A stretch of DNA of 64,000 nt from Eubacteriales bacterium (GTDB lineage: Bacteria > Bacillota > Clostridia > Oscillospirales > CAG-272): NCBI GenBank assembly GCA_045544955.1, contig JAZPZY010000046.1:128-64127 (forward strand). The letters run 5' to 3'. The notes beneath the pieces were generated by a model, which worked only from the letters and a program-made list of their open reading frames with translations, searched no databases and was not told the origin of the DNA. The translations under genes were made by a program, and so were the position numbers. Numbering within the stretch: the first letter of the stretch is position 1; each line of letters begins with the position of its first letter. Shown one piece after another: positions 49,937-58,435 of this stretch.

Positions 49937-51295
49937 TTGGACATGGATACATACAAACATTCCGTTTCCCTTGACGAGAACAAATGCAAAGGATGTACCA
50001 CCTGTCTGAAGCGTTGTCCTACGGAGGCGATACGCATCCGTGACGGACACGCGGTAATTCGCTCCGCACGCTGTATTGATTGCGGTGAATGCATTCGCGT
50101 TTGCCCTCATAAGGCTAAAAAACCTGTGCACGATACCCTGGAATCCCTGCAGAATTACAAATTCAAAATCGCACTTCCTGCGCCGTCTCTGTACGGTCAG
50201 TTTGCAAATCTGGATAACATCGGCTATATCCTTGGCGGACTGAAAAAAATCGGATTTGATTCCGTTTTTGAGGTTGCACGTGCCGCAGAAATCGTTTCTG
50301 CGTACACCCGGCTGTATCTCAGCCGGTCCGACATTGTAAAACCGGTAATCAGCTCCGCCTGTCCCGTGATTTCCAGAATTATCAGTATGAATTTCCCGTT
50401 CCTTTGTGAACACGTCATACCGATACTGGCGCCCATTGATATTGCCGCCGGACTGGCAAAAAAGGAAGCTTTGCGTGATCATCCCGAGCTCTCTCCCGAA
50501 GATATCGGCATCTTTTTCATCTCCCCTTGTCCGGCGAAAGTCAGTTACGTAAAGAACGGCTTTGCTGGTGAGAAAAATTGCATCGACCATGTTCTCTCCG
50601 TCCGTGACGTGTATTTTGCATTGCTGGACGCTATGCGTCAGCTGCGTGATACGGGAACGGATGAAGCGACCGAAGCCGGTATGATCGGCATCGGCTGGGC
50701 GGCAACGGGTGGTGAATCGGCGGCTGTTTTCAACGAACGCTATCTTGCGGCGGACGGCATTGAAAACTGCATCCGTGTGCTGGAGCAGATCGATAACGAT
50801 GACATCCACAACCTGGATTACGTTGAGTTGAATGCATGCAACGGCGGTTGTGTCGGCGGTGCCATGACGGTAACTAATCCGTACATTGCACAGGCAAGAT
50901 TGCAGTCTCTGCGACGCTATCTGCCAGTTTCTCCGAATCGTCCCAGCGAATCGGAGATTCCCGACAGTGCCATGGCCTCCGGCGGTATTCAGTACGTTCC
51001 TAGTGCTAAACTGTCAGAGAATCGTGAAGAAGCAATGCAGATGATGCGTGATATCGAATCCATCTGTAAAAGCTTGCCCGGCATTGATTGCGGCTCCTGC
51101 GGTGCTCCTACGTGCATGGCGTTCGCCGAAGACGTGATCAAGGGGGATACCAATTCCGATGAGTGCACCGTTATCATGCGAACGCTGTTCCATGAATATT
51201 TGAAAGAGCACGAGGAAAAAGCAATTCTTGAGGGACTGAAACCTTTGGTCCCCAAGCGTAAGGATGAGTCAAAAAAGCCGCACGAACAAAACTGA
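49937..51295 (+). CDS. Group D (putative sensory) [FeFe]-hydrogenase with 2x[4Fe-4S] and C-terminal FeS domain
   Basis: CKGCTTC..RCP and CIDCGEC..VCP; H-cluster motifs SSACP, SPCPAK, ELNACNGGCVGG; LPGIDCGSCGAPTC. Confidence 0.88.
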   Translation: MDMDTYKHSVSLDENKCKGCTTCLKRCPTEAIRIRDGHAVIRSARCIDCGECIRVCPHKAKKPVHDTLESLQNYKFKIALPAPSLYGQFANLDNIGYILGGLKKIGFDSVFEVARAAEIVSAYTRLYLSRSDIVKPVISSACPVISRIISMNFPFLCEHVIPILAPIDIAAGLAKKEALRDHPELSPEDIGIFFISPCPAKVSYVKNGFAGEKNCIDHVLSVRDVYFALLDAMRQLRDTGTDEATEAGMIGIGWAATGGESAAVFNERYLAADGIENCIRVLEQIDNDDIHNLDYVELNACNGGCVGGAMTVTNPYIAQARLQSLRRYLPVSPNRPSESEIPDSAMASGGIQYVPSAKLSENREEAMQMMRDIESICKSLPGIDCGSCGAPTCMAFAEDVIKGDTNSDECTVIMRTLFHEYLKEHEEKAILEGLKPLVPKRKDESKKPHEQN

Positions 51296-51310
51296 TCCTG
51301 GAGGAATACC

Positions 51311-51631
51311 ATGCAGTTCTCTGATCTGATGAATACGCTCTCTCTTACGCACGTCGCCGGTGATATCCCCGAGGAATTTGACGGCGTGTATGCAGGAGAT
51401 CTGCTCAGCCGGGCTATGAGTCATGTGGAAGCCGGCAATTTGTGGCTTACCATCATGAACAACATGAACGTTGTGGCCGTAGCTTCGCTGACGGAAGCGT
51501 CTGCCGTTATTTTGGCTGAAGGCGTGACTTTGATGACGGATGCACTGGCGGCCGCCGCAGAACAGAACGTGTGCGTTTTTTCCTCTGATTTGAGCGTATA
51601 CGAACTTTGCCTCCAAATCGGAGCACTATAA
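51311..51631 (+). CDS. Second stand-alone DRTGG-domain protein
   Basis: YAGDLLS.AM, WLTI..N.NVVAVASL. Confidence 0.85.
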   Translation: MQFSDLMNTLSLTHVAGDIPEEFDGVYAGDLLSRAMSHVEAGNLWLTIMNNMNVVAVASLTEASAVILAEGVTLMTDALAAAAEQNVCVFSSDLSVYELCLQIGAL

Positions 51632-51638
51632 CGTGAGC

Positions 51639-52391
51639 ATGAATCGCTATTATTACGATCTGCACATTCATTCGTGTCTGTCACCCTGCGGTGACGACGA
51701 CGCCACGCCGGCGAATATCGCCGGAATAGCGGCGCTGAACGGATTACAGATTGCAGCCTTAACAGACCACAATACCACGGCAAACTGTCCTGCGTTTTTT
51801 GAAGCGGCAAGAGCATACGGCGTGATCCCTATTGCGGGGATGGAACTGACTACGTCGGAGGATATTCACGTAATCTGTCTCTTTCCCACGCTTGATTCGG
51901 CTCTGGCTTTTGACAGGGAAGTGTCAAAGCACCGCATACGGATCCGGAATAAACCCGCCGTTTTCGGAAACCAGCACATTATGAACGCCGACGACGAAGT
52001 GATCGGTGAGGAGGCAGATCTGCTGATCAACGCTACCACGCTTTCGCTTGACGATGCTTACGATCTAACGCTTTCCCACGGCGGTGCCTGTTATCCGGCA
52101 CACATCGACCGTCCCTCCAACGGCATGATTTCCGTTCTTGGTGCTTTTCCGGAATCCCCCGCATACAGTGCTTATGAACTGAACCGTGCAGAAGAGGACG
52201 AAGCGTACCGCGCCCGGTTCCCCTTAATCCGTGGGCTGCGTCGCGTAGTCTCCTCGGATGCACATGATCTTGGGGCCGTATCAGAGGCTGTCAACAGCTT
52301 CTGCATCGAGGATGAACCGTATTCGTCGGCTTTGGTAGCGTCTCGCTTGATTTCCTATTTACGCGGAGAGGAAGGGTTCGTCTGTGATTGA
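51639..52391 (+). CDS. PHP-family phosphoesterase
   Basis: DLHIHSCLSPC, LTDHN, GME, PAHIDR, SSDAH. Confidence 0.9.
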   Translation: MNRYYYDLHIHSCLSPCGDDDATPANIAGIAALNGLQIAALTDHNTTANCPAFFEAARAYGVIPIAGMELTTSEDIHVICLFPTLDSALAFDREVSKHRIRIRNKPAVFGNQHIMNADDEVIGEEADLLINATTLSLDDAYDLTLSHGGACYPAHIDRPSNGMISVLGAFPESPAYSAYELNRAEEDEAYRARFPLIRGLRRVVSSDAHDLGAVSEAVNSFCIEDEPYSSALVASRLISYLRGEEGFVCD

Positions 52392-52935
52392 GTTTTCCCT
52401 GTACGTGCTGGATATTACCATGAACTCGGTGCGTGCCGGTTCAACCAGAATCGAAATCACGCTTCGCGAAGAAGGCGAGTTCCTGTATTTCACCGTCTCC
52501 GATAACGGATGCGGAATGACGCCGGAACAGCTTCAAAAACTTGGAAATCCTTTTTTCACCACAAGAAAAACACGAAACGTTGGCCTCGGGATTCCGTTTT
52601 TGAAAATGCTCGCCGAGATGACCGGCGGGGAAGTGCAGATCACTTCCGTGCACGAATCGGTCAGCGAGGCACACGGAACCACAACCTCCGCCAGTTTCGG
52701 ACGCAACCACATCGATTTTATTCCTCTGGGAGATATGGTAGACACGGTGAAAACACTGGTTCACGGCTCTCCCGATATTGATTTTATTTATACCCACCAG
52801 ACGGAAAAAGGCACCGTGTCTTTGGACACGTCCGAGATCCGTCAGATCCTCGGTGAGGATATTTCTTTGGCGGAGCCGGAAATCCTTGCATGGCTGGAAG
52901 GCAACCTCAGAGAACAGTACAACTCGATACAATAA
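52384..52935 (+). CDS. Stand-alone HATPase_c (histidine-kinase-like ATP-binding) protein
   Basis: DITMNS.RA N-box, DNGCGM, PFFTT, GLGIP; no DHp or sensor domain. Confidence 0.88.
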   Translation: MIEFSLYVLDITMNSVRAGSTRIEITLREEGEFLYFTVSDNGCGMTPEQLQKLGNPFFTTRKTRNVGLGIPFLKMLAEMTGGEVQITSVHESVSEAHGTTTSASFGRNHIDFIPLGDMVDTVKTLVHGSPDIDFIYTHQTEKGTVSLDTSEIRQILGEDISLAEPEILAWLEGNLREQYNSIQ

Positions 52936-52965
52936 AATTTACATATTTATGAAAGGAACAACCAA

Positions 52966-53337
52966 ATGAAGTCTTTAGAAGAATTGATGGCGATCAAGGC
53001 AAAAATGCAGGACAAGGTTGCAATCCGCAAGGGTTCCGGTGAAACCAGAATCGTTGTAGGTATGGCTACCTGCGGTATTGCCGCCGGTGCAAGACCGGTG
53101 CTCAACGCATTCGTGGAGGCTGTCAACGAAGCAGGTCTCGCTGACACCGTTTCCGTTACCCAGACCGGCTGTATCGGTATCTGCCAGTACGAGCCCGTAG
53201 TTGAAGTGTACGAAAAGGGTGAGGAAAAGGTTACCTATGTTAAGATGACGCCCGCTAAGGCGAAGGAAGTAATCGAAAAACATATTAAGGGCGGCAAGGT
53301 CGTGGCTGAATACACTATCGGCGCGGCTAAAGCCTGA
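52966..53337 (+). CDS. Thioredoxin-like 2Fe-2S subunit (HydD/HndB)
   Basis: VGMATCGIAAGA, TGCIGIC.YEP. Confidence 0.9.
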   Translation: MKSLEELMAIKAKMQDKVAIRKGSGETRIVVGMATCGIAAGARPVLNAFVEAVNEAGLADTVSVTQTGCIGICQYEPVVEVYEKGEEKVTYVKMTPAKAKEVIEKHIKGGKVVAEYTIGAAKA

Positions 53338-53358
53338 ACCACAGGAGGATAAAACTAT

Positions 53359-55152
53359 ATGATTCGCTCTCATGTACTGATCTGCGGCGGTACCGGTTGT
53401 ACTTCTTCCGGCAGCGTTGCACTCCGTGACAGACTTGCGGAGGAACTCAAAGCAAAGGGCCTTGAGGAAGAGATCAAAATCGTTATGACCGGTTGCTTTG
53501 GTCTTTGTGCTCTCGGTCCGATCATGATCGTGTATCCCGAAGGCACGTTCTACAGCCAGGTTACCACTGACGACATTCCCGAAATCGTTGAGGAGCACCT
53601 TCTGAAGGGACGTATCGTTGATCGCCTTGTTTACAACGATAAGGCGGCCGACGCTGAAGAGCATTCCTCTTCGCTCTCCGATACGCAGTTCTATAAGAAA
53701 CAGAAGCGCGTTGCTCTCCGTAACTGCGGTGTTATTAACCCCGAAACAATTGACGAGTACTTCGCTATGGACGGTTATTTCGCACTGGCCAAGGTTGTGA
53801 AGGAAATGACGCCGGAAGACGTTATCAACACCATCCTTGCCTCCGGTCTCCGCGGACGCGGCGGCGGCGGATTCCCCACCGGCCGTAAGTGGCAGTTTGC
53901 CCGCGCATCCGTCGCTGACAAGAAATACGTAGTATGTAACGCCGACGAAGGTGACCCGGGTGCGTTCATGGACCGTTCCGTGCTGGAGGGTGACCCCCAC
54001 GCTCTGATCGAGGCTATGGCAATCGCTGCATACGCTATCGGCGCTGACGAAGGTTGGGTTTACGTTCGTGCAGAGTATCCGATCGCTGTAAGAAGACTTT
54101 CCATCGCTATTGAGCAGGCAAGAGAATACGGACTGCTCGGCAAGAACATCTTCGGTTCCGACTTCAACTTCGATCTGCATATCCGTCTCGGCGCCGGCGC
54201 ATTCGTGTGCGGTGAGGAAACGGCTCTGCTGACCTCCGTTGAAGGTAACCGCGGTGAGCCTCGTCCCCGTCCTCCGTTCCCGGCTGTTAAGGGTCTGTGG
54301 GGCAAGCCTACCATCATCAACAACGTTGAAACCTACGCCAACATTCCCCAGATCATCCTGAAGGGTGCCGATTGGTTCTCTTCCATGGGTACCGAGAAGT
54401 CCAAGGGTACGAAGGTATTCGCTCTGGGCGGCAAGATCACCAACACCGGTCTTGTGGAAGTTCCCATGGGTACCACGCTTCGTGAAATCGTTGAGGAGAT
54501 CGGCGGCGGCGTTCCGAACGGCAAGACGTTTAAGGCTGCACAGACCGGTGGTCCTTCCGGCGGTTGTATTCCGGCTTCTCTTATCGACGTAGCCATCGAC
54601 TACGATAACCTGATCGAAATCGGTTCCATGATGGGCTCCGGCGGTCTGATCGTCATGGACGAAGACACCTGTATGGTTGACCTTGCCAAGTTCTTCCTGG
54701 AGTTCACCGTGGATGAATCCTGCGGTAAGTGTGCTCCGTGCCGTATCGGTACCGTTCGCATGCTGGAGATCCTGAACAAGATCTGCGACGGCAACGGCGA
54801 GATGGAAGATCTGGACAAGCTGGAAGAGCTGGCTAACTACGTAAAGAGTGCTTCTCTCTGCGGTCTGGGTCAGACGGCTCCTAACCCGATTCTCTCCACG
54901 CTCCGTTATTTCCGTGACGAGTATATTGCTCATATCGTGGACAAGAAGTGTCCTGCCGGCGTTTGCAAAAAACTGCTTAACTACACCATCGATCCCGATA
55001 AGTGTAAGGGTTGTACTCTGTGTGCACGTGCTTGTCCCGCCGGTGCCATTACCGGTAAGGTTAAGGAAGCACACGTTATCGATCCCGCTAAGTGCGTGAA
55101 GTGCGGCGCTTGTATGGAAAAATGTAAGTTTGGCGCTATCTCCAGAAAGTAA
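53359..55152 (+). CDS. hydB: Bifurcating [FeFe]-hydrogenase NuoF-like FMN/NADH subunit (HydB/HndC)
   Basis: N-terminal 2Fe-2S, LRGRGGGGFPTG, CNADEGDPGAFMDR, GAFVCGEETAL, ESCGKCAPCR, C-terminal 2x[4Fe-4S]. Confidence 0.95.
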   Translation: MIRSHVLICGGTGCTSSGSVALRDRLAEELKAKGLEEEIKIVMTGCFGLCALGPIMIVYPEGTFYSQVTTDDIPEIVEEHLLKGRIVDRLVYNDKAADAEEHSSSLSDTQFYKKQKRVALRNCGVINPETIDEYFAMDGYFALAKVVKEMTPEDVINTILASGLRGRGGGGFPTGRKWQFARASVADKKYVVCNADEGDPGAFMDRSVLEGDPHALIEAMAIAAYAIGADEGWVYVRAEYPIAVRRLSIAIEQAREYGLLGKNIFGSDFNFDLHIRLGAGAFVCGEETALLTSVEGNRGEPRPRPPFPAVKGLWGKPTIINNVETYANIPQIILKGADWFSSMGTEKSKGTKVFALGGKITNTGLVEVPMGTTLREIVEEIGGGVPNGKTFKAAQTGGPSGGCIPASLIDVAIDYDNLIEIGSMMGSGGLIVMDEDTCMVDLAKFFLEFTVDESCGKCAPCRIGTVRMLEILNKICDGNGEMEDLDKLEELANYVKSASLCGLGQTAPNPILSTLRYFRDEYIAHIVDKKCPAGVCKKLLNYTIDPDKCKGCTLCARACPAGAITGKVKEAHVIDPAKCVKCGACMEKCKFGAISRK

Positions 55153-55170
55153 GAAAGGAGCTTTAACGAA

Positions 55171-56907
55171 ATGGATATGGTAAAAGTCAAAATTAACGGC
55201 ATTGAGGTTGAAGTTCCCAAGAACGCAACCGTTCTGGATGCCGCCAGAGTTGCCGGTATTAATATTCCGACGCTCTGCTATCTGAAAGATATCAATGAAA
55301 TCGGTGCTTGCCGTCTCTGCCTTGTTGAGGTAGTCGGTGCACGCGGTCTCGTTACCTCCTGCGTATATCCCGTAACGGATGGCATGGAGATCTTCACCAA
55401 CACCGAAAAGGTAAAGGCTGCCCGCAAGATGAACCTGGAACTGGTTCTCTCCGCTCACAACAAAAAGTGCCTTTCCTGCGTTCGCTCCACTACCTGTGAG
55501 CTGCAGAAGCTGGCTAACGAGTACGGTGTGGACGAGAACTACTTCAAGTCTGACGACTGCGAATGCGAAATCGATACTTCTTCTGTTTCCATTATCCGTG
55601 ACAACAGCAAGTGTATCCTTTGCCGCCGTTGCGTAGCTGCTTGTAACAACGTGCAGGGCATTGGTGCCATCGGCATGACCAACCGTGGTTACGATACCGA
55701 GGTTGCCTCTCCCAACGGCCTGAAACTGGCTGAAACCGCTTGTATCAACTGCGGTCAGTGCATCGTTGCATGTCCCACTGGTGCGCTCTACGAGCGTGAC
55801 GATACTGATGCAGTATTTGCTGCCATCAACGATCCTACAAAGCATGTGGCTATTTGCGCCGCACCTTCTGTTCGTGCTACCATCGGCGAGTGCTTCGGCT
55901 ACGAGCCCGGCACCGATGTAGAGGGACAGATGGTTGCCGCTATGAAGCGTCTCGGCTTCGATGGCGTATACGATATGAACTTCACTGCAGACCTTACCAT
56001 TATGGAAGAGGCTACCGAGTTCCTCGGCCGTGTGAAGAATGGCGGCGTTCTGCCGATGATCACTTCCTGCTCTCCCGGATGGGTTAAGTACTGCGAGCAT
56101 TTCTTCCCCGAAATGACGGACAACCTTTCCACCTGTAAGTCTCCTCAGCAGATGTTCGGTGCTATCTATAAGGCATACTATGCAAAGAAGATGGGCATCG
56201 ATCCCAAGGACGTTGTATTCGTATCTGCCATTCCGTGTACCGCAAAGAAATTTGAGGTAACCCGTGACGGTCAGGACGTGGAAGGCGTTCCGGGCGTGGA
56301 TTACGCAATCACCACCCGTGAGCTCGCCCGCATGATCGACGTTGCCGGCATCGATTTCCGAGCTCTCGCTGATGAGAAATTCGATTCTCCCGTTGACATC
56401 GGTTCCGGTGCAGGCGTTATCTTCGGTGCTACCGGCGGCGTTATGGAGGCTGCTCTCCGTACGGCTGCTGAGGTTATCCTCGGTACCGAGCTGAAGGAAG
56501 TTGACTTCAACGACGTTCGCGGTACGGAAGGCATTAAGTTTGCCACCTACAAGCTGGGCGATATGGAACTGAACGTGGCCGTAGCCAGCGGTACCGGCAA
56601 TGCCTGCAAGCTCCTCAAGGGCGTACAGGACGGTACCTACAAGGTTGACTTCATCGAAATCATGGGCTGTCCCGGCGGCTGTGTAAACGGCGGGGGTCAG
56701 CCGTATCAGCCGGCTTCCGTTCGCAACAGTGTGGATCTGAAAGCAAAGCGTGCTGCAGTTCTGTACAATGCAGATAAGAAGATGGATCTCCGTAAGTCTC
56801 ACGAGAACTCCATCATCAAGAAGCTGTACGAGGACTTCCTTGGTGAGCCCAACAGCCACCTGGCACACGAGCTGCTTCACACTCATTATGTAAAGCGCGG
56901 TAAGTAA
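55171..56907 (+). CDS. hydA: Group A3 [FeFe]-hydrogenase catalytic subunit (HydA/HndD)
   Basis: 2Fe-2S, His-ligated 4Fe-4S (HNKKC..C), 2x[4Fe-4S]; TSCSPGW, IPCTAKKFE, EIMGCPGGCVNGGGQP. Confidence 0.96.
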   Translation: MDMVKVKINGIEVEVPKNATVLDAARVAGINIPTLCYLKDINEIGACRLCLVEVVGARGLVTSCVYPVTDGMEIFTNTEKVKAARKMNLELVLSAHNKKCLSCVRSTTCELQKLANEYGVDENYFKSDDCECEIDTSSVSIIRDNSKCILCRRCVAACNNVQGIGAIGMTNRGYDTEVASPNGLKLAETACINCGQCIVACPTGALYERDDTDAVFAAINDPTKHVAICAAPSVRATIGECFGYEPGTDVEGQMVAAMKRLGFDGVYDMNFTADLTIMEEATEFLGRVKNGGVLPMITSCSPGWVKYCEHFFPEMTDNLSTCKSPQQMFGAIYKAYYAKKMGIDPKDVVFVSAIPCTAKKFEVTRDGQDVEGVPGVDYAITTRELARMIDVAGIDFRALADEKFDSPVDIGSGAGVIFGATGGVMEAALRTAAEVILGTELKEVDFNDVRGTEGIKFATYKLGDMELNVAVASGTGNACKLLKGVQDGTYKVDFIEIMGCPGGCVNGGGQPYQPASVRNSVDLKAKRAAVLYNADKKMDLRKSHENSIIKKLYEDFLGEPNSHLAHELLHTHYVKRGK

Positions 56908-56919
56908 TCGTTTTCACTC

Positions 56920-56950
56920 AAAAAGCCGTCGGGATTTCCGACGGCTTTTT
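56920..56950 (+). terminator. Intrinsic terminator of the hydrogenase operon
   Basis: AAAAAGCCGTCGG-loop-CCGACGGCTTTTT. Confidence 0.85.
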
Positions 56951-57003
56951 GCTGTGTCGATCATTAAATAATTGCATTTTTTTAATGAATTTACCTGTAT
57001 CTA

Positions 57004-57031
57004 TTGCTTTTTATCGCGAATATGTTATAAT
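57004..57031 (+). promoter_or_regulatory. SigmaA promoter
   Basis: TTGCTT-16 bp-TATAAT with extended -10 TG. Confidence 0.6.
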
Positions 57032-57070
57032 GTTACCGACAAGTCCAAATAGAAATTTTAGGAGGATATT

Positions 57071-58246
57071 ATGGATAAGGTCAGATTTGGTGTCATTGGT
57101 ATCGGCAACATGGGCACCTCTCATATTAAGAATTTCTTTGCCGGAAAAGTAGAAAACGGTGTTATTACCGCCGTTTGTGATCTGAAGCAGGAAAGACTGG
57201 ACGCGATCCGTGAAACGTGCGGCGATAATGTGCAGTATTTCCTGGATTATCACGATCTTCTGAAGTGCGACGATGTAGATGCCGTTGTTATCGCAACGCC
57301 GCACTATCTCCATCCTGTGATCGGTATCGAAGCTTTTAAGGCCGGCAAGCACGTACTCACCGAGAAACCGGTAGGCGTTTACACCAAAAAGGTGGAAGAG
57401 TTCATGGCTGCCGCCCGTGAAAGCGGCAAGGTGTTCGGTATCATGTACAACCAGCGTACGAACCCTGCCTTCCAGAAAATGCGTGAAATCGTACAGTCCG
57501 GTCAGCTTGGCGAACTGAAAAGGTGCATCTGGATCGTTACCAACTGGTACCGTACGCAGGCTTACTACAACAGCGGCGGATGGCGTGCTACCTGGGAAGG
57601 CGAAGGCGGCGGCGTTCTTCTGAATCAGTGCCCTCATAACCTGGATATCTGGCAGTGGATCTTCGGTATGCCCAACAGAATCCGTGCTTTCTGCTCTTTT
57701 GGTAAGTACCACGATATCGAAGTTGACGACGACGTAACCGCATACGCTGAGTACCCGAACGGCGCTACCGGTGTGTTTATCACGACTACCGGTGAGTCCT
57801 CCGGTACCAACCGTCTGGAGATCAGCGGTTCTCTTGGTAAGTTGATTTATGAGCCCACAACCGGTATTCTTGAATACACCAAGTTTGAAATAGACGAGCG
57901 TAAGTTCTGTTTTGAGTGCCCCGATAGTTTCAAGCAGATTCCTTGCACCGTCGAGCAGATCAAGTTTGACAGCACCGGTCCCGCCCACATGGGTATCTTC
58001 CAGAACTTCACCAATCATCTTTTGAACGGTGAACCGCTTCTGGCTCCCGGCTACGAAGGCATCAACGGTCTGTCTATCTCCAACGCAATGATGCTCTCCA
58101 CCTGGAAGAACGATTTCGTTGACATTCCCAACGATGGCACCGAATTCCTTGCACACCTCGAGGAGAAGATCAAGAACTCCACCGTTAAAAAGGCAGACGT
58201 CGCAGGCGGCGTTGCCAACCTTGACGGCACTTACGGAACTAAGTAA
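57071..58246 (+). CDS. Gfo/Idh/MocA-family oxidoreductase
   Basis: GVIGIGNMG Rossmann fold, IATPHYLH, KHVLTEKP, GGGVLLNQCPHNLD. Confidence 0.92.
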   Translation: MDKVRFGVIGIGNMGTSHIKNFFAGKVENGVITAVCDLKQERLDAIRETCGDNVQYFLDYHDLLKCDDVDAVVIATPHYLHPVIGIEAFKAGKHVLTEKPVGVYTKKVEEFMAAARESGKVFGIMYNQRTNPAFQKMREIVQSGQLGELKRCIWIVTNWYRTQAYYNSGGWRATWEGEGGGVLLNQCPHNLDIWQWIFGMPNRIRAFCSFGKYHDIEVDDDVTAYAEYPNGATGVFITTTGESSGTNRLEISGSLGKLIYEPTTGILEYTKFEIDERKFCFECPDSFKQIPCTVEQIKFDSTGPAHMGIFQNFTNHLLNGEPLLAPGYEGINGLSISNAMMLSTWKNDFVDIPNDGTEFLAHLEEKIKNSTVKKADVAGGVANLDGTYGTK

Positions 58247-58258
58247 TTTATAAGTCAC

Positions 58259-58291
58259 AAACCGTATGCAGAAAGCATACGGTTTTTCTTT
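58259..58291 (+). terminator. Intrinsic terminator
   Basis: AAACCGTATGC-AGAAA-GCATACGGTTTTTCTTT. Confidence 0.85.
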
Positions 58292-58296
58292 CGCTC

Positions 58297-58325
58297 TTGA
58301 CAATTGATGTCCAGTTTGTTATAAT
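58297..58325 (+). promoter_or_regulatory. Perfect-consensus sigmaA promoter
   Basis: TTGACA-17 bp-TATAAT with extended -10 TG. Confidence 0.85.
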
Positions 58326-58330
58326 GTAGT

Positions 58331-58435
58331 TGTGAATAGGGGCGGGCACCCATAAGAAAAAACGGCATTCACATTCCACAATCGAATCAACACAAGGGGG
58401 AGACACCCATCGAAAAAAATATTATTGTGATTGAT
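58331..58435 (+). promoter_or_regulatory. Tandem structured 5' leader: two copies of AGGGG-N4-CACCCAT-(N1-2)-GAAAAAA, each inside a closing stem
   Basis: Copies at 58338-58362 and 58395-58419 (57-nt period); closing stems TGTGAAT/ATTCACA and ATCAACACAA/TTGTGATTGAT. Confidence 0.6.

Noticed and set aside
52975-56886. 1303-aa antisense ORF spanning hydD, hydB and hydA
   Set aside because: The three sense genes share one frame and the antisense ORF is in codon register with them, so its stops would need sense TTA/CTA/TCA codons, which these highly biased genes avoid. It ends exactly at the TTA codon 4 of hydD. This is a shadow ORF.
57011-58303. 430-aa antisense ORF over the Gfo/Idh/MocA gene
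   Set aside because: In-register shadow of a biased gene; it runs through a terminator and a promoter.
58338-58419. Possible mini CRISPR array or transposon end
   Set aside because: Only two imperfect copies, no cas or transposase gene in the window, and the copies embed an SD. Better explained as a cis-regulatory leader.
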